A stretch of DNA of 64,000 nt, taken from contig NC_058384.1 in the NCBI RefSeq assembly GCF_018350175.1, positions 67,890,001-67,954,000 on the forward strand, in the 5' to 3' direction. The notes below the pieces were generated by a model. That model had not been told where the DNA came from and ran no database searches. It saw only the letters and a program-made list of their open reading frames with translations. Each line of letters starts with the position of its first letter. The first letter of the stretch is position 1. Source of the DNA: Felis catus (Eukaryota). This document shows, piece by piece, positions 32,677-47,900 of this stretch. The position numbers and the translations under genes are program-made.

Positions 32677-33725
32677 CCCAGGCAGGCTCCCACTGTCAGC
32701 GCAGATCCCAACGCGGGGCTTGAACTCTCGACCCACGAAATCATGACCTGAGCCCAAGTCGGGTGCTTCTCCAACTGAGCCCCCCGGCGCCCCATCACTG
32801 GAATGATTCAACAGACCACAGTCACACAGGAAACCAGCGGCTCTCCAGCCCCTCCTGGGCTCCAGGCGCTGCACTCGGCTTACTGGTCCCAGTCAGGGCT
32901 CCGTCTCACAGGTGAGATCAGCCCCCAGAGCCACGGTTCGGAGCCGTGCGTGTCGCTCCCGCTAAATCAGAGGTTCCCCGGAGGCACCACTGCGGCCCAA
33001 ACCCTTCTCACATCCACTGAGGACACAGCTGCGTATACTGACCGGTTTCGGAACCACTTTGCACAACCAAGGAAAACCAGTTGTGACAGTCCTCGTCTGA
33101 TGAAGGGCTTGGTGTTGGTGACTCCCGCCCTCGGCCAGGACCTGTCCTCCCTGCATTTCCACCCCTTCTCCTCCGAGAAACCTTCCTGGGTCACTCCCAC
33201 CATGCAGGGCCACCCACGAACGCTTGTTACCTTCTCTTCATCTGTAACTACACGTGATTTTTTTTTTTTTTTTAGAAAACTTTAAATGTTTATTTATTTT
33301 TGAGAAAGAGAGAGACAGAGCACCAGCAGGGGAGGGGTAGTGAGGGAGGGACACATAGAATCTGAAGCAGGCTCCAGGCTCCGAGCTGTCCGCACAGAGC
33401 CCGACGCGGGGCTCGAACTCAGGAACCGTGAGATCATGACCTGAGCTGAAGTCGGACGCTCGACCGACCGAGCCACCCAGGCGCCCCTGTAACCACCCGT
33501 GTTAAGTGTGTGACTCCCCTCACAAGGCCTATAAGGCAAATTAGGCCTTAACCACTTCCAGGATTCTGGAGGTGAATCTCTTTCATTAGTATCACCTTTA
33601 TTAGTATTACTTTGTTTTTATTTGTATTTATTTTTTTAAGGAAGCTCTGTGCCCAGTGCGGGGCTTGAACTCACAACCTGGAGATCAGGACTCGCCTGCT
33701 CTACCGACCCAGCCAGCCTGGCGCC
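30268..33725. mobile_element. Further Can-SINEs upstream of GBA1
   Basis: About 30268-30493(-), 31236-31435(+), 32570-32792(-), 33260-33487(-) and 33625-33725(-, short). Confidence 0.8.
31143..31232. repeat. (GAA/GAG)n polypurine triplet tract
   Basis: Seen directly, just 5' of a SINE head. Confidence 0.9.
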
Positions 33726-33960
33726 CCACCTTTATTGGCTGTTACTCACAAGCCTCTTTTCTTGGGAAAGCGGTGGGCCTGCTGTGTCGTCCGTCCTCAG
33801 GGATTCGGGAGCCTCTACCCAACCTTCCGCGCGGATCCTTGATCCACGTTCTTCCTGAGGCTGTCACCCACACGTGCCTCCCAGGATGTCCTAGGATGAA
33901 TAATCGCCAACAGCCTGGAGGAGGCCAGTCGCCCTCTACAAGTATGGTTGCAATTGCCTC

Positions 33961-34001
33961 ACTTCCTGTATCATGTGACACTCCCAGAGTCGTCACGTGA
34001 C
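33961..34001 (+). promoter_or_regulatory. GBA1 proximal promoter with two CLEAR/E-box elements and an ETS site
   Basis: ACTTCCTG 33961-33968, TCATGTGAC 33971-33979 and GTCACGTGAC 33992-34001, about 150 nt before the ATG. Confidence 0.8.
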
Positions 34002-34146
34002 CCACCGACTCCCCCCTTTATGCCGGAACTAAACCCGCAGGGTTGATCGGGTGTCCAGCCACCGCCAGGACCTGCATCCCTGTTTGTATTTAGGGGACCC
34101 TCTGTCCTCCCGAGGCTCGGGAACCCTGCAGTGCCGTCACCTGGTG

Positions 34147-38354
<4,208 letters not shown>

Positions 38355-38924
38355 TGGGGCAGATACCCAAACAGCGCCTGGGCTCGGCAGGGGCATTAAA
38401 GGGACAGAGTCGGCTCACATGCTGTCTGTGGCTACAGAGGGTATACGAGGGCCAGGGCGAGCTTAGGTGACGTAAGCCCAGGGGCCGTGGTTTGCGTGAC
38501 TCACTCTCCCCCTGGTGGGTGCCAGGGCCCGGAGGCCCCTAAAGGGAGCGCAGGGAAGCCCCGGCGGCCCCGCCCCCCGCCTGTGAGTGCGCGCTATGTG
38601 CTGGCTCCCGTGGAAACTGGGCCCGGGCCCAGGGTGAGCTCACTGTCTGTATGGACACAAGCTGGGGGCGGGGGAGGCCGAGGAAAGGGAGATCAGAGAA
38701 GCTGGGCCCCAAACGGGGGTGTGGGGGAGGGGGGGACTGTGTCTTTCGTGGGCCGTGCGGAAGCAGTCACGGCGTCAGGGCACAGGCAGCCGAGAAGCCA
38801 GGCACCGGTGGGGGGTGGGGGGGCTCAGGCACCCGACGGCCGCCCCCCCCACCAGCCAGCAGCTCCTGGAAAGATGACGGTCCCTTAAGAAAGAGAATGT
38901 GCGACTGCAGCCCGCGGGGACAGC

Positions 38925-38930
38925 TTTATT
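38925..38930 (-). terminator. MTX1 polyadenylation signal
   Basis: TTTATT on the + strand, about 105 nt beyond the MTX1 stop. Confidence 0.8.
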
Positions 38931-39034
38931 ATGGGAGCGGCGCCCGTTTTCCAGCCGCACCAACAACGGGGAAGCAGAGGAGCCTCTGGAATGTGTGAGA
39001 GTAGAAAAGTCCGTCCCGGGAGCGCGAGGCGGCG

Positions 39035-42000
39035 TCACTCGTCTTCCTCCTCGTCGGCCATGCTCAGGGACCGCGTGCCGGGGGCCCGGGCGGGTGCCGC
39101 CCGCTGGATAGAGACGATGCCGCTGAGCAAGGCGTAGCCCGCCATGGCCGCCAGCCCCGCCAGCACGGACAGCACCTGGTTCCGGCGCCGGTACGGCTCC
39201 TCCTCGGCCTCGGGGCCCGCTGGCGTCTGGCGTGGAGGCGGCACCTCCGCTGAGGAGCGAGGCAGGAAGGGGGGGGGGTTGGTTCCCGTGTTCCCCCCCC
39301 CCCCCGCCCCCGCCAGCGCCCGGCCCGCAGCCGCCCGCCGCTCACCTCCATCCCAGGGGAAGTAGAGGCTGAGGATGTGCGCGCAGTAGGCGCAGAGGTT
39401 GTGCAGCCCCCGCAGGTGGGCCTGCAGCCTCCCGCTGGGCAGCCTGGCCTGCAGCAGCGGCGCCAAGTAGCCGAAGACAAAGGCGTCCAGCGAGGCGGGG
39501 CTGGAGCGGAGAGAGAGAAGGGCTGCAGGGGAGAGCCCGGGCCCGGGGGCGGGGCCCTGGGGGGGCGGGACGCCCCGTCCTGGACCCACCGGGAGCGGGG
39601 AGGGCTCCCCAGGTGGGGCCGGCCGGGCCCTGAATGGGACTCTATCCCAGGGCTGCATAAAGGGCACATTGAGAGCCCCGCGGCCCCTCCTGGGCCTGGC
39701 GGCCCTCCCGCCTCACACACAGCCCCACTGTCATCGGGCCCGGCCGTCCGGAGGACCTCCTGCACAGCGCCCGGGCCACCCCGGGCCCCGCAGCGACGTC
39801 TGAACCTGCCTCTCGCCCCCCACCCCCCAGACCACCTAGTTTCCCCGGAGGCAGACTCACGCGTCCCCGAAGAAGAATTTCTGAGAGCCCAGGCGCTGGG
39901 AGAGCAGGGTCAGGCATTCCCGAGCCTCCTGGTACAGCTGCAGAGAGGACACGGGGCGGACTCGCGGCTGCGGGGACCCCGGGCACCCCCCCATCGCCGT
40001 CCCCGACCGCCCTCTTCGGGGCTCCGCTCGCACGGCGGCCCCGGCCCCAGACGCACCTCCTTCTCCAGCTCTTCCTCATTCTCGGGCCTGTGCTCCCCGC
40101 ACAGCAGCTGCAGCCGCTCCATGAACTGCCGCTGCATGCGGCCAGGAAGGAAGAAGTTCAGGGGAAAGGGCATGGCCTCAGCGTACCACTTCCGGGTCAC
40201 CTCCACATAGTTCTTGGTGTCCACCCAAAAAGTATGGATCTGGATGGGGGGGGGGGGCAGGAGGGACGAAGCAGGTCTGAGCCGGTGCACCTGCCTAACT
40301 TAGGGCGGGCTCCCCGTCGCGTGCGTGTGCGCCCCCCCCCCCCCCCCGGCCATGAACGTCGGGAGGTTCGGGCACACTCACCAGCACTGGGAGAAGCTTC
40401 TCCTCCAGCAGAGACATGAAGGCCAAGGTGTCTGCCCCTTGTCGGGCCGACAGATCGTAATCGGCGTTGTACTTCTGTGGAGGAGATGACCGTGAAGGGG
40501 ACGCCGGGAGGCTCCAGGGGCCCTTCCCCAAGGAGGGAGGCATCCTGTCCGGCACCACCCTCACCGGCCCCTGCGTGTAGCAGAGGGACGCCAGGCAGCT
40601 TTTCCCGCCGAGGCCCCCTCGCCTGGGCCCGTCCAGTAGCCTGTTGCTGTTGGCGGAGAGCCTGGGCCTTGGAGCCTGCTGGCCCTCAAGGTCGGGCGCC
40701 CGCTGGGGGGAGAGGAAGGCCCCAGCCGCAAACCAGGAGCGGCTCCTGGAGTCTCCACGGAAAGCTGGAAGCACGCCCGCTGACGGCAACTTTCTAACAG
40801 GAACTTCCCAGTCCGGGCACCACAGGGCTGGCGCGGTGGAGCTCAGATGCAGTGTGGGCCTCAGCCCAGGCCTCAGGAACCAGGGCCCCCTGGCTGGTTC
40901 TCTCAATGCCCAGGTCTTGGCTATTTGTTCCGTTTCATTCCATGGCCCGGGTGCCACCACCGCACGTTGTACCCGCGCCCCATGTCTCAGCCTGCCACAC
41001 CTCAGCAACCCCCTCTGCACATCCTGAGTGAGGTTTGTCCCCACATGACCTCTGGAGCCTGATCCTTAAAAAAACAACAAAAAAAATCTCTCTGAGCCTC
41101 AGTTTCTCCCCTGCAGAATGGGGTAACAGCCCTCTCTCAATGTGGCTGTGTTAGGAAAAAACCCTGCAGACTGGAAAAACTGTGCTCATACATAAGGAAA
41201 CAGGGCGGTGGCCCAGGCCCTACCAGGAACTTTGGTTTCTCCCTGGACCCCCTCTCTCCATGCCTCCCAGCTCCTTCACCTTTGGGAAAACACAAGAGGC
41301 TCCTACATCTGCCAAGTGTTCCCACGAAAGTTAGATGAGCCCTCGGAAAGCATCCCGGCTAAACCCCTGGTTTTATAAAGAAGGGGCTCACAGCTCTGAG
41401 AGGTGAAGCAGCTTGCCCAAGGTCACACAGCCAAGGCCAGGATGAAGGACAGTCAAGATATCCCCATGCCTCTTGTAATACTCTCTCAACTTCCCCACCG
41501 TGGCTCTACTCCTTGTCCATCCTGAGCCCCATATCCAGCCCAACCTGGGCCCTGAGAAAAGGACAACGGCCCTGACGAGTCCCTCTCCAGAGCCACCTTC
41601 GAGGGCCTCACCTGAGCCAAACGTTCTCTCCTGCCCTCCTTTCCCTTCTAGGTGTCATCAGCCCGTTTACCTCTCCCTCCCTGCCCAGCAGGCAGAAGGC
41701 CCTGTCCCTCCGGATACCTCCCCAGCGCCCCAGCTTAACGCCTGGCCGAGCGCTTACTGAATCCACACAGTGTGTCTGTCCCATCAGACTGTGTGCTCCT
41801 TGAAGTTGTGAGCCTCCTGCTTCTGGCTCGGCACAGATGACAAACGTGTGATGCGTTGACATGACAACTACTCTCGCCGGCAGCCCTCCTACCCAAGCCA
41901 CCTACCTCTTTTCGAAGATGGGTGATGATCTTGTGTGGCACCGAGATGACCTCGCCGTGACTGGTCCGAAGGGCAGGCAGAGTCCCTGACATGGAGAGAA

Positions 42001-43536
42001 AAGGACACCCACAGACCCTTAGCTGCCTATCCATGTGTATTTACACCACATTCCTGTCTGTCTCCTGCTCCTCCCCTTCCTCACCCCCCAGGGACACTGG
42101 GTACCTGAAGGGCTCCGCCAGGGGTTGGTGATCTTGTACACCTTGAGTGGGGCACCAGTAAATCTGGCATAGGTCTGCAGGGAAGGAAGCAGAAGGCAGA
42201 GAGGCCCCCACAGGGGAATCAGGAAGAGCAAAAACGGGCTCCTGGGTGGCTCAGTCGGTTGGGGGTCCGACTCTTGATTTTCGGCTCAGGTCGTGATCTC
42301 ACGGTTGGTGAGTTCGAGCCCTGTGTTGGGCTCTGCACTGACAGTGAGTGCGGAGCCTGCTTGGGATTCTCTCTCTCCCTCTCTCTGCCCCTCCCCTGCT
42401 GGCACACGCGCGATCTCTCTCTCAAAATAAATAAACGAAAGAAAAAAAGAAAAAATATTTATTGAACCCTTTTTGTGCTGTGCTTGGTACTTGCCTCACA
42501 AAGAGGTGGACGCTATGGTTTCCATTTCACAACGGGTAACGCAGGGCTCGGGGGGGTTGTGAACCGGTCTCTAATACTAGGTCTGCCAGCAAAAACCTTC
42601 CCTCTCCTGCCGTCTACCTGATGTACAAACATCCTCATAAGTTCTTCCTACCCAGTAGATCCCTTTTCCTGGAAGCACTGATCGTGCCCTTCTGAGGGAG
42701 TCTCTGTGGCCCGCTCCTACTTAAACCTTGGCACCTCAACTTATTACCTGGATTTGCTAACACGTTTGCCTTTCGGTAAACAACTACAGGGGAGGAACTA
42801 AGTCTTACTCATCTTTGCACGCCAAGGTGTGGTATCTGGGAGAGGCCTGATAACATGCTTATTAAATGAAAGAGTGAGCGAATAAAGTGAACGGACTGAC
42901 TCCAAAGCTCTTTCCACAGAGCCTGGCGGGAGGCCTTTTGGTTCAATAAATGAACTCAGTAATGNNNNNNNNNNNNNNNNNNNNNNNNNNNNNNNNNNNN
43001 NNNNNNNNNNNNNNNNNNNNNNNNNNNNNNNNNNNNNNNNNNNNNNNNNNNNNNNNNNNNNNNNNNNNNNNNNNNNNNNNNNNNNNNNNNNNNNNNNNNA
43101 TGCCACGCCTGAGAACCCTCAGATCGCCGAGGCTCAGTAAACCTCCGGATGAAGAAACAGCCCTCAGAGACCAGGGAGGGATAGCCCCAAGGTCACACAG
43201 CCAGTAAATGGATGAGCAAGGACTAAAACCCATTTCCTGAACCCCCGACCAGGCCTCTTTCTATGGCTGCGCAAAATCTAGGCTGTTAAGCCACAGGGCA
43301 CTGAGCCTACGTCGGCCAGGCTCAGTCTTTGATTGCCTCAGTTTCCCCCAGTGAGCCCGTGCTGAGGCGCCCTGGTCAAATCCGGACGATCGGCTAGTTC
43401 GGCTCCCTCCCCAGTCCTCCAGGGCGCAGCAGAGGGCGACGGCGCCACCCCTCACCAGCACGGCCAGACTGTCCAGGTCCACTGACGGCAGCCCCCAGCC
43501 CCCCGACCAGCAGAACAGCTCCATGGGCGCCGCCAT
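39035..43536 (-). CDS. MTX1: Metaxin-1, core 317-aa form, 8 exons
   Basis: Minus-strand exons 43536-43456 ([27 protein letters not shown]), 42174-42105, 41985-41906, 40474-40382, 40239-40057, 39937-39861, 39500-39346, 39249-39035. Total 954 nt; C-terminal TM segment and acidic tail. Confidence 0.97.
42236..42460 (+). mobile_element. Can-SINE in MTX1 intron 1
   Basis: SINE head, CT linker, A tail. Confidence 0.85.
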
Positions 43537-44840
43537 CTTGCCCGCCCTCTGTCCCGGAAGCACCTCCCCCCGCCGCGCTTCCGCCCGCCCCCCGCGCGGC
43601 CCCGCCCCCCAGGCCCGCCCCTCGCGCCGCCCGAGGCGCTGGCCGAGGGGAGGCCGCAGGCGAGGCGAGGCGAGGCGAGGCGAGGCGGGGCGAAGCGGGG
43701 CGGGGCGGGGCGAAGCGGGGCGGGGCGGGGCGGGGCGGGGCCGCGGGCTTTGGGGGAGGGCGGCCGCCGCCGGCTCCAGAGGCGGCTCCTGAAGTGGGGG
43801 AGGGTTCTCGCCCGGGCCCTCTTGGCGGAGGCTGGGCGCCCTGGCCGCGGGGAGCCCCGGAACCCCGAGGGCGCGGCGGGTCCCGGCCCAGCGGGTGTTG
43901 TGCGTCCGGTCGGGCTCTGGGGGCTCTCGCAAATCTGCACGCGGCTTGGGCTGCTCCAGGGCCCCGCGGGGCTCGGCCCGGAGCGGGGGCCGCGGGGGGG
44001 TCCCCCGCGCCGCATGTTTTCCACAGCGCGTTATGTTTGGAGCGGGCCCCGCGCCGCCTGTCGCCATGGAAACAAAACAGGGGCGGCGGCGGCCGGAGCC
44101 GGGTCGGGCTGGGGCCGGGGAGGGGGGGAGGGGTGGGGCTCGCGCGCCGTTGCCGTGGTAACGGGAACCGAGGCGCCCCTGCGCCTCATCCGGGTCACGG
44201 CCTGCCGGCCAGTACCCGCTGTGTTCCGGGTCTGGCCGCGGCCCCTGGCCTGTCCCCTGCTTTACTCCTGTCCCCGGAGGCCCTTTCCTCCTTCCTGATT
44301 CCTCCCTCCAAGCGCTTCGCTGACCACTGTGTTAGACGCGCTCTCCGCTTCCCATCGGACGCTTCTAAGTTTTCCTAGGAGCGAGTCACGTGTCAGGGGA
44401 CCCCCCTCCCCCCCACCCTAATGAGGGGCGCTCGCTTCGTCAGAGCAGCAAAGTTCATGCCATGCGGGCATCCCCTGGGCACGATAGCAAGCTACTTTCC
44501 GCCACTCCCTTGGCACCCTTTCATGCCAGCTGGGGAATAATGCCCGGTGTCTGGCGCTGCCCCTGCCAGGGGCTCCTGCCTTCCCCAACTGCGACTTACA
44601 GGAAACGGTAGCATTCGGTAGTGGCCCCCAGCAGCGAGACGCCGGGAGGGAGGGAGGAAGGGAGGGAGGGAGGCACCTGGGACGGAGGACCGTTAGGGAG
44701 AGGCAGGAGGCAGGGAGGCCTCCAGACTCTTCCCCAGTGCTCCTGGTTCCCAGAGCTGGGGATGCCTCCAGGCTGATTGGCAGCTCTTTGTTTCAGCCCC
44801 CCCTCACTCGCCTGCTGGCCCCCCCCTTCAACTCCCCCTT
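43400..44840. promoter_or_regulatory. Bidirectional MTX1/THBS3 CpG-island promoter
   Basis: Head-to-head genes about 1.4 kb apart; X-box-like 44060-44073 and 44149-44162; E-box GTCACGTG 44385-44392. Confidence 0.8.
43661..43740. repeat. GC-rich pentanucleotide repeat, 16 x CG(A/G)(A/G)G
   Basis: (CGAGG)5, then CGGGG units interrupted by two CGAAG. Confidence 0.9.
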
Positions 44841-44933
44841 CCAGNNNNNNNNNNNNNNNNNNNNNNNNNNNNNNNNNNNNNNNNNNNNNNNNNNNNNNNN
44901 NNNNNNNNNNNNNNNNNNNNNNNNNNNNNNNNN

Positions 44934-47900
44934 NNNNNNNNNNNNNNNNNNNNNNNNNNNNNNNNNNNNNNNNNNNNNNNNNNNCTCGCATGTGCCAGTC
45001 AGGACCTGCAGGGTAAGCCCGTCTCCATCCTCTTAGACCCCTGCTCTGCCTCCTCTCCTTTGGCCCCCAGCCTAGTAGCAGGAAACATGTGGGCAAGGGG
45101 AGAGTCCTGAAATTGAGCCGGATGGAAGATTGATGAAATCATGGCCATGGGGGTAGGAGTGAACAGCAGAGGGTACTGGGTGAGTGGGAAGTGGCCAAGG
45201 TCAGCACGAGGCCAGGGCAGAGGACTCAGGAGCTGGATGCTAGGGCTGCCTGGCTGGGTGGGTGTCTGAGCATCCACAGGCATTCCAGGCTCTGGGAGAG
45301 CAGTGCAAAGGTGGGCTTCTTCACCCCCCCACCCCCAGCCAGGGCTCCTGGCTGCCCTGGGACATGGGGGGTGGGGTGGGGACCCAGAGGTCTGGGCTCT
45401 CCCGGAGGTCTGGCTGTGGGATGGGCCTGTGGGTGTGGGAGAGGTAGCTGGAGCAGATGACACAGGCACAGATTCATTACTGGCTGGAAGGGAAACCACA
45501 GATTGGCCAGGACACAGGAGGCACAGGAGCCCGGTCCTACATTCCCGAGGGGGAGAGGCAGACAGGAGGGTTGGAGCCCTCAGTGGGCAGCTCTTCTCAT
45601 CCAAAGTGAGTGTGCTGAGCCCCCAGGATGGGAGGAGGGGCATCTGGGTGTGGAAGCAGCCAAACGCAGCAGCATAAAGAGAAACTGCTTTTCCAGTTCT
45701 GTGCTGTGGGCACCAGGTGCTACTTCTGCCTGGGATCAGCACGGTGGCTCCCTTGCGCCACCTGGTGGGGGCATCTCAAGATTGCCGGGCGCCGTTTCTG
45801 TATTTGCAAGAGAGCCTCAGGCCCGCGGGCTCCCAGACCCGGTGGGGAGGCACTGCTGAGGGAAAAAGGAAGGCACGATGCCCTGTCTTCCCAGAGCAGC
45901 AAGGCTTGAGTTTCAAGAAGGTGACTAATACTGCCTGGTGGCGGGCGTGGAGGTAGTGATGAAGGGTGCTCCACCCCCGAGGGCTCAGGGGAAGGGCAGG
46001 CCTTAGCATTTGATCCCTTTACTGACCTTGATAATCCTTGCCTGCCAGTGATTGACCTGCTGACTGTGGGCGAGTCTCGGCAGATGACCGCTGTGGCAGA
46101 GAAGATCCGGACCGCCCTGCTCACTGCTGGGGACATCTACCTCTTGTCCACCTTCCGCCTGCCCCCCAAACAGGGTGGTGTCCTCTTTGGCCTCTACTCT
46201 CGGCAGGACAACACACGATGGCTGGAGGCCTCTGTTGTGGGCAAAATCAACAAAGGTGACTGCTGGGCATCTCCTTTCCTGCAGTGGTGCCCCTTGAGCA
46301 CTTTCTCTCATCCCCACCCCTGCATCCCTCTTAATTCTCCTGGGGCCCCATGGACCCATCAGGCTGTGCTCAGGCACCGGGGGTGGGGGGGCGCACCTGG
46401 TTCGGGGTGCTTGGAGGTGCCTCAGAAGGCCAGGTATCCAAACAGTAGAGTGAGGCCTAATGTTTGTATGGAGTGGATGTTGCACTTGGGGAGGGGAGGC
46501 CTGTCTCTGTGTCCTAGCAAGGGTGTAAAGCAGTCCAGCAGATCCCTGGCACGATTCGGTGCGTGCAAAACCAGCTGCCACCCTAGCAGGGGACAGAGCG
46601 ATCTGATGCCACTGACGAGTAAGAAAGTCTTGGTCTTTGAACCCGTTTGAAAAGCACGTATCGTGTGCACCTGCCGTGTATGAGGTGTCGGGAGACGTTA
46701 GCTGAATGAGGACGATAGGTGTGTTACACGGAAGAGTTGATGCGAGGCTCGGCTGGGAGGCAGGGGATGGGGGACAGTCCCCTACTGACCTCCCCTCCTG
46801 GGCAGTGCTGGTGCGGTACCAGCGGGAGGACGGCAAGGTCCACGCGGTGAACCTGCAGCAGGCGGGCCTGGCCGACGGGCGCACGCACACGGCTCTCCTG
46901 CGACTCCGAGGTCCCTCCCGACCCAGCCTCGCCCTGCAGCTCTACGTGGACTGCAAACTGGGTGACCAGCACGCCGGGCTCCCAGGGCTGGCCCCCATTC
47001 CTCCAGCGGAGGTGGACGGGCTGGAGATTAGGACCGGACAGAAGGCTTATTTGAGGATGCAGGTGAGCGGGAAGGGAGGCCCCGGTGCTTCTGCGGAAAC
47101 GGTTTGCCCCCGTGGGAGGAGTTAGCGGGTCCTCCCACCCTGCTCTGCTCCTGTCCCCCCAGGGCTTTGTGGAGTCTATGAAAATGATTCTGGGCGGGTC
47201 CATGGCCCGGGTGGGAGCCCTGAGTGAGTGTCCGTTCCAGGGGGACGAGTCCATCCACAGAGCAGGTAACACGCAGACTTCCGTTAGCTGACATTCCGGA
47301 CCCCAGATCACGTCCTGTGGTCTTTATTGACTTTCATCTCCTCGATTTCCCCCTTACCACTCATTCCTGGGCTTCTGACCCTCTTATCCCAATCTCCTCC
47401 GCCTCTGGCTCTGTGATCCCCAAATAACACAGCCATCCCAGGAAGTGTGGGTCACAAAACTCTCCAGGTTCAGGCCACCACCACTCCCCCCCTTCCCCAA
47501 CCAGGGTGGCTGGGAAAAACAGCCAGGAGAAGACCGGAGCTCCGTGTGAGGGGCGGGAAAGTGGACTGCTTGGTCTCAGTGGCTAAGAGAAGGGTCTTGG
47601 GTCTTACAGTGGCGGCTGTCACCCATCAGCAGTTTCTCTGAGCATCGTCCATCTGCCTGGTCTCCTTGACAGGGATGTTCAAAGGTCCTTGCTTAAATAA
47701 AACGCCCACTTCCCGCAGATCGGTCCAAAAAAGGACTGTGGAAGCAGGAGCTCGGCGGGGGAGGGGCGTGTGGAAATGGAGTGGATTGGGGCCCTGGCCC
47801 TGCTCTGGGTCGCCTCTCACTCGGATCCCTTCTGCCCCTGCCAGGCCGGGACCGGAGGTGTGGGCTTTGACGGTCTGCGAGGCAGCCCTTCGCAGAGTCT

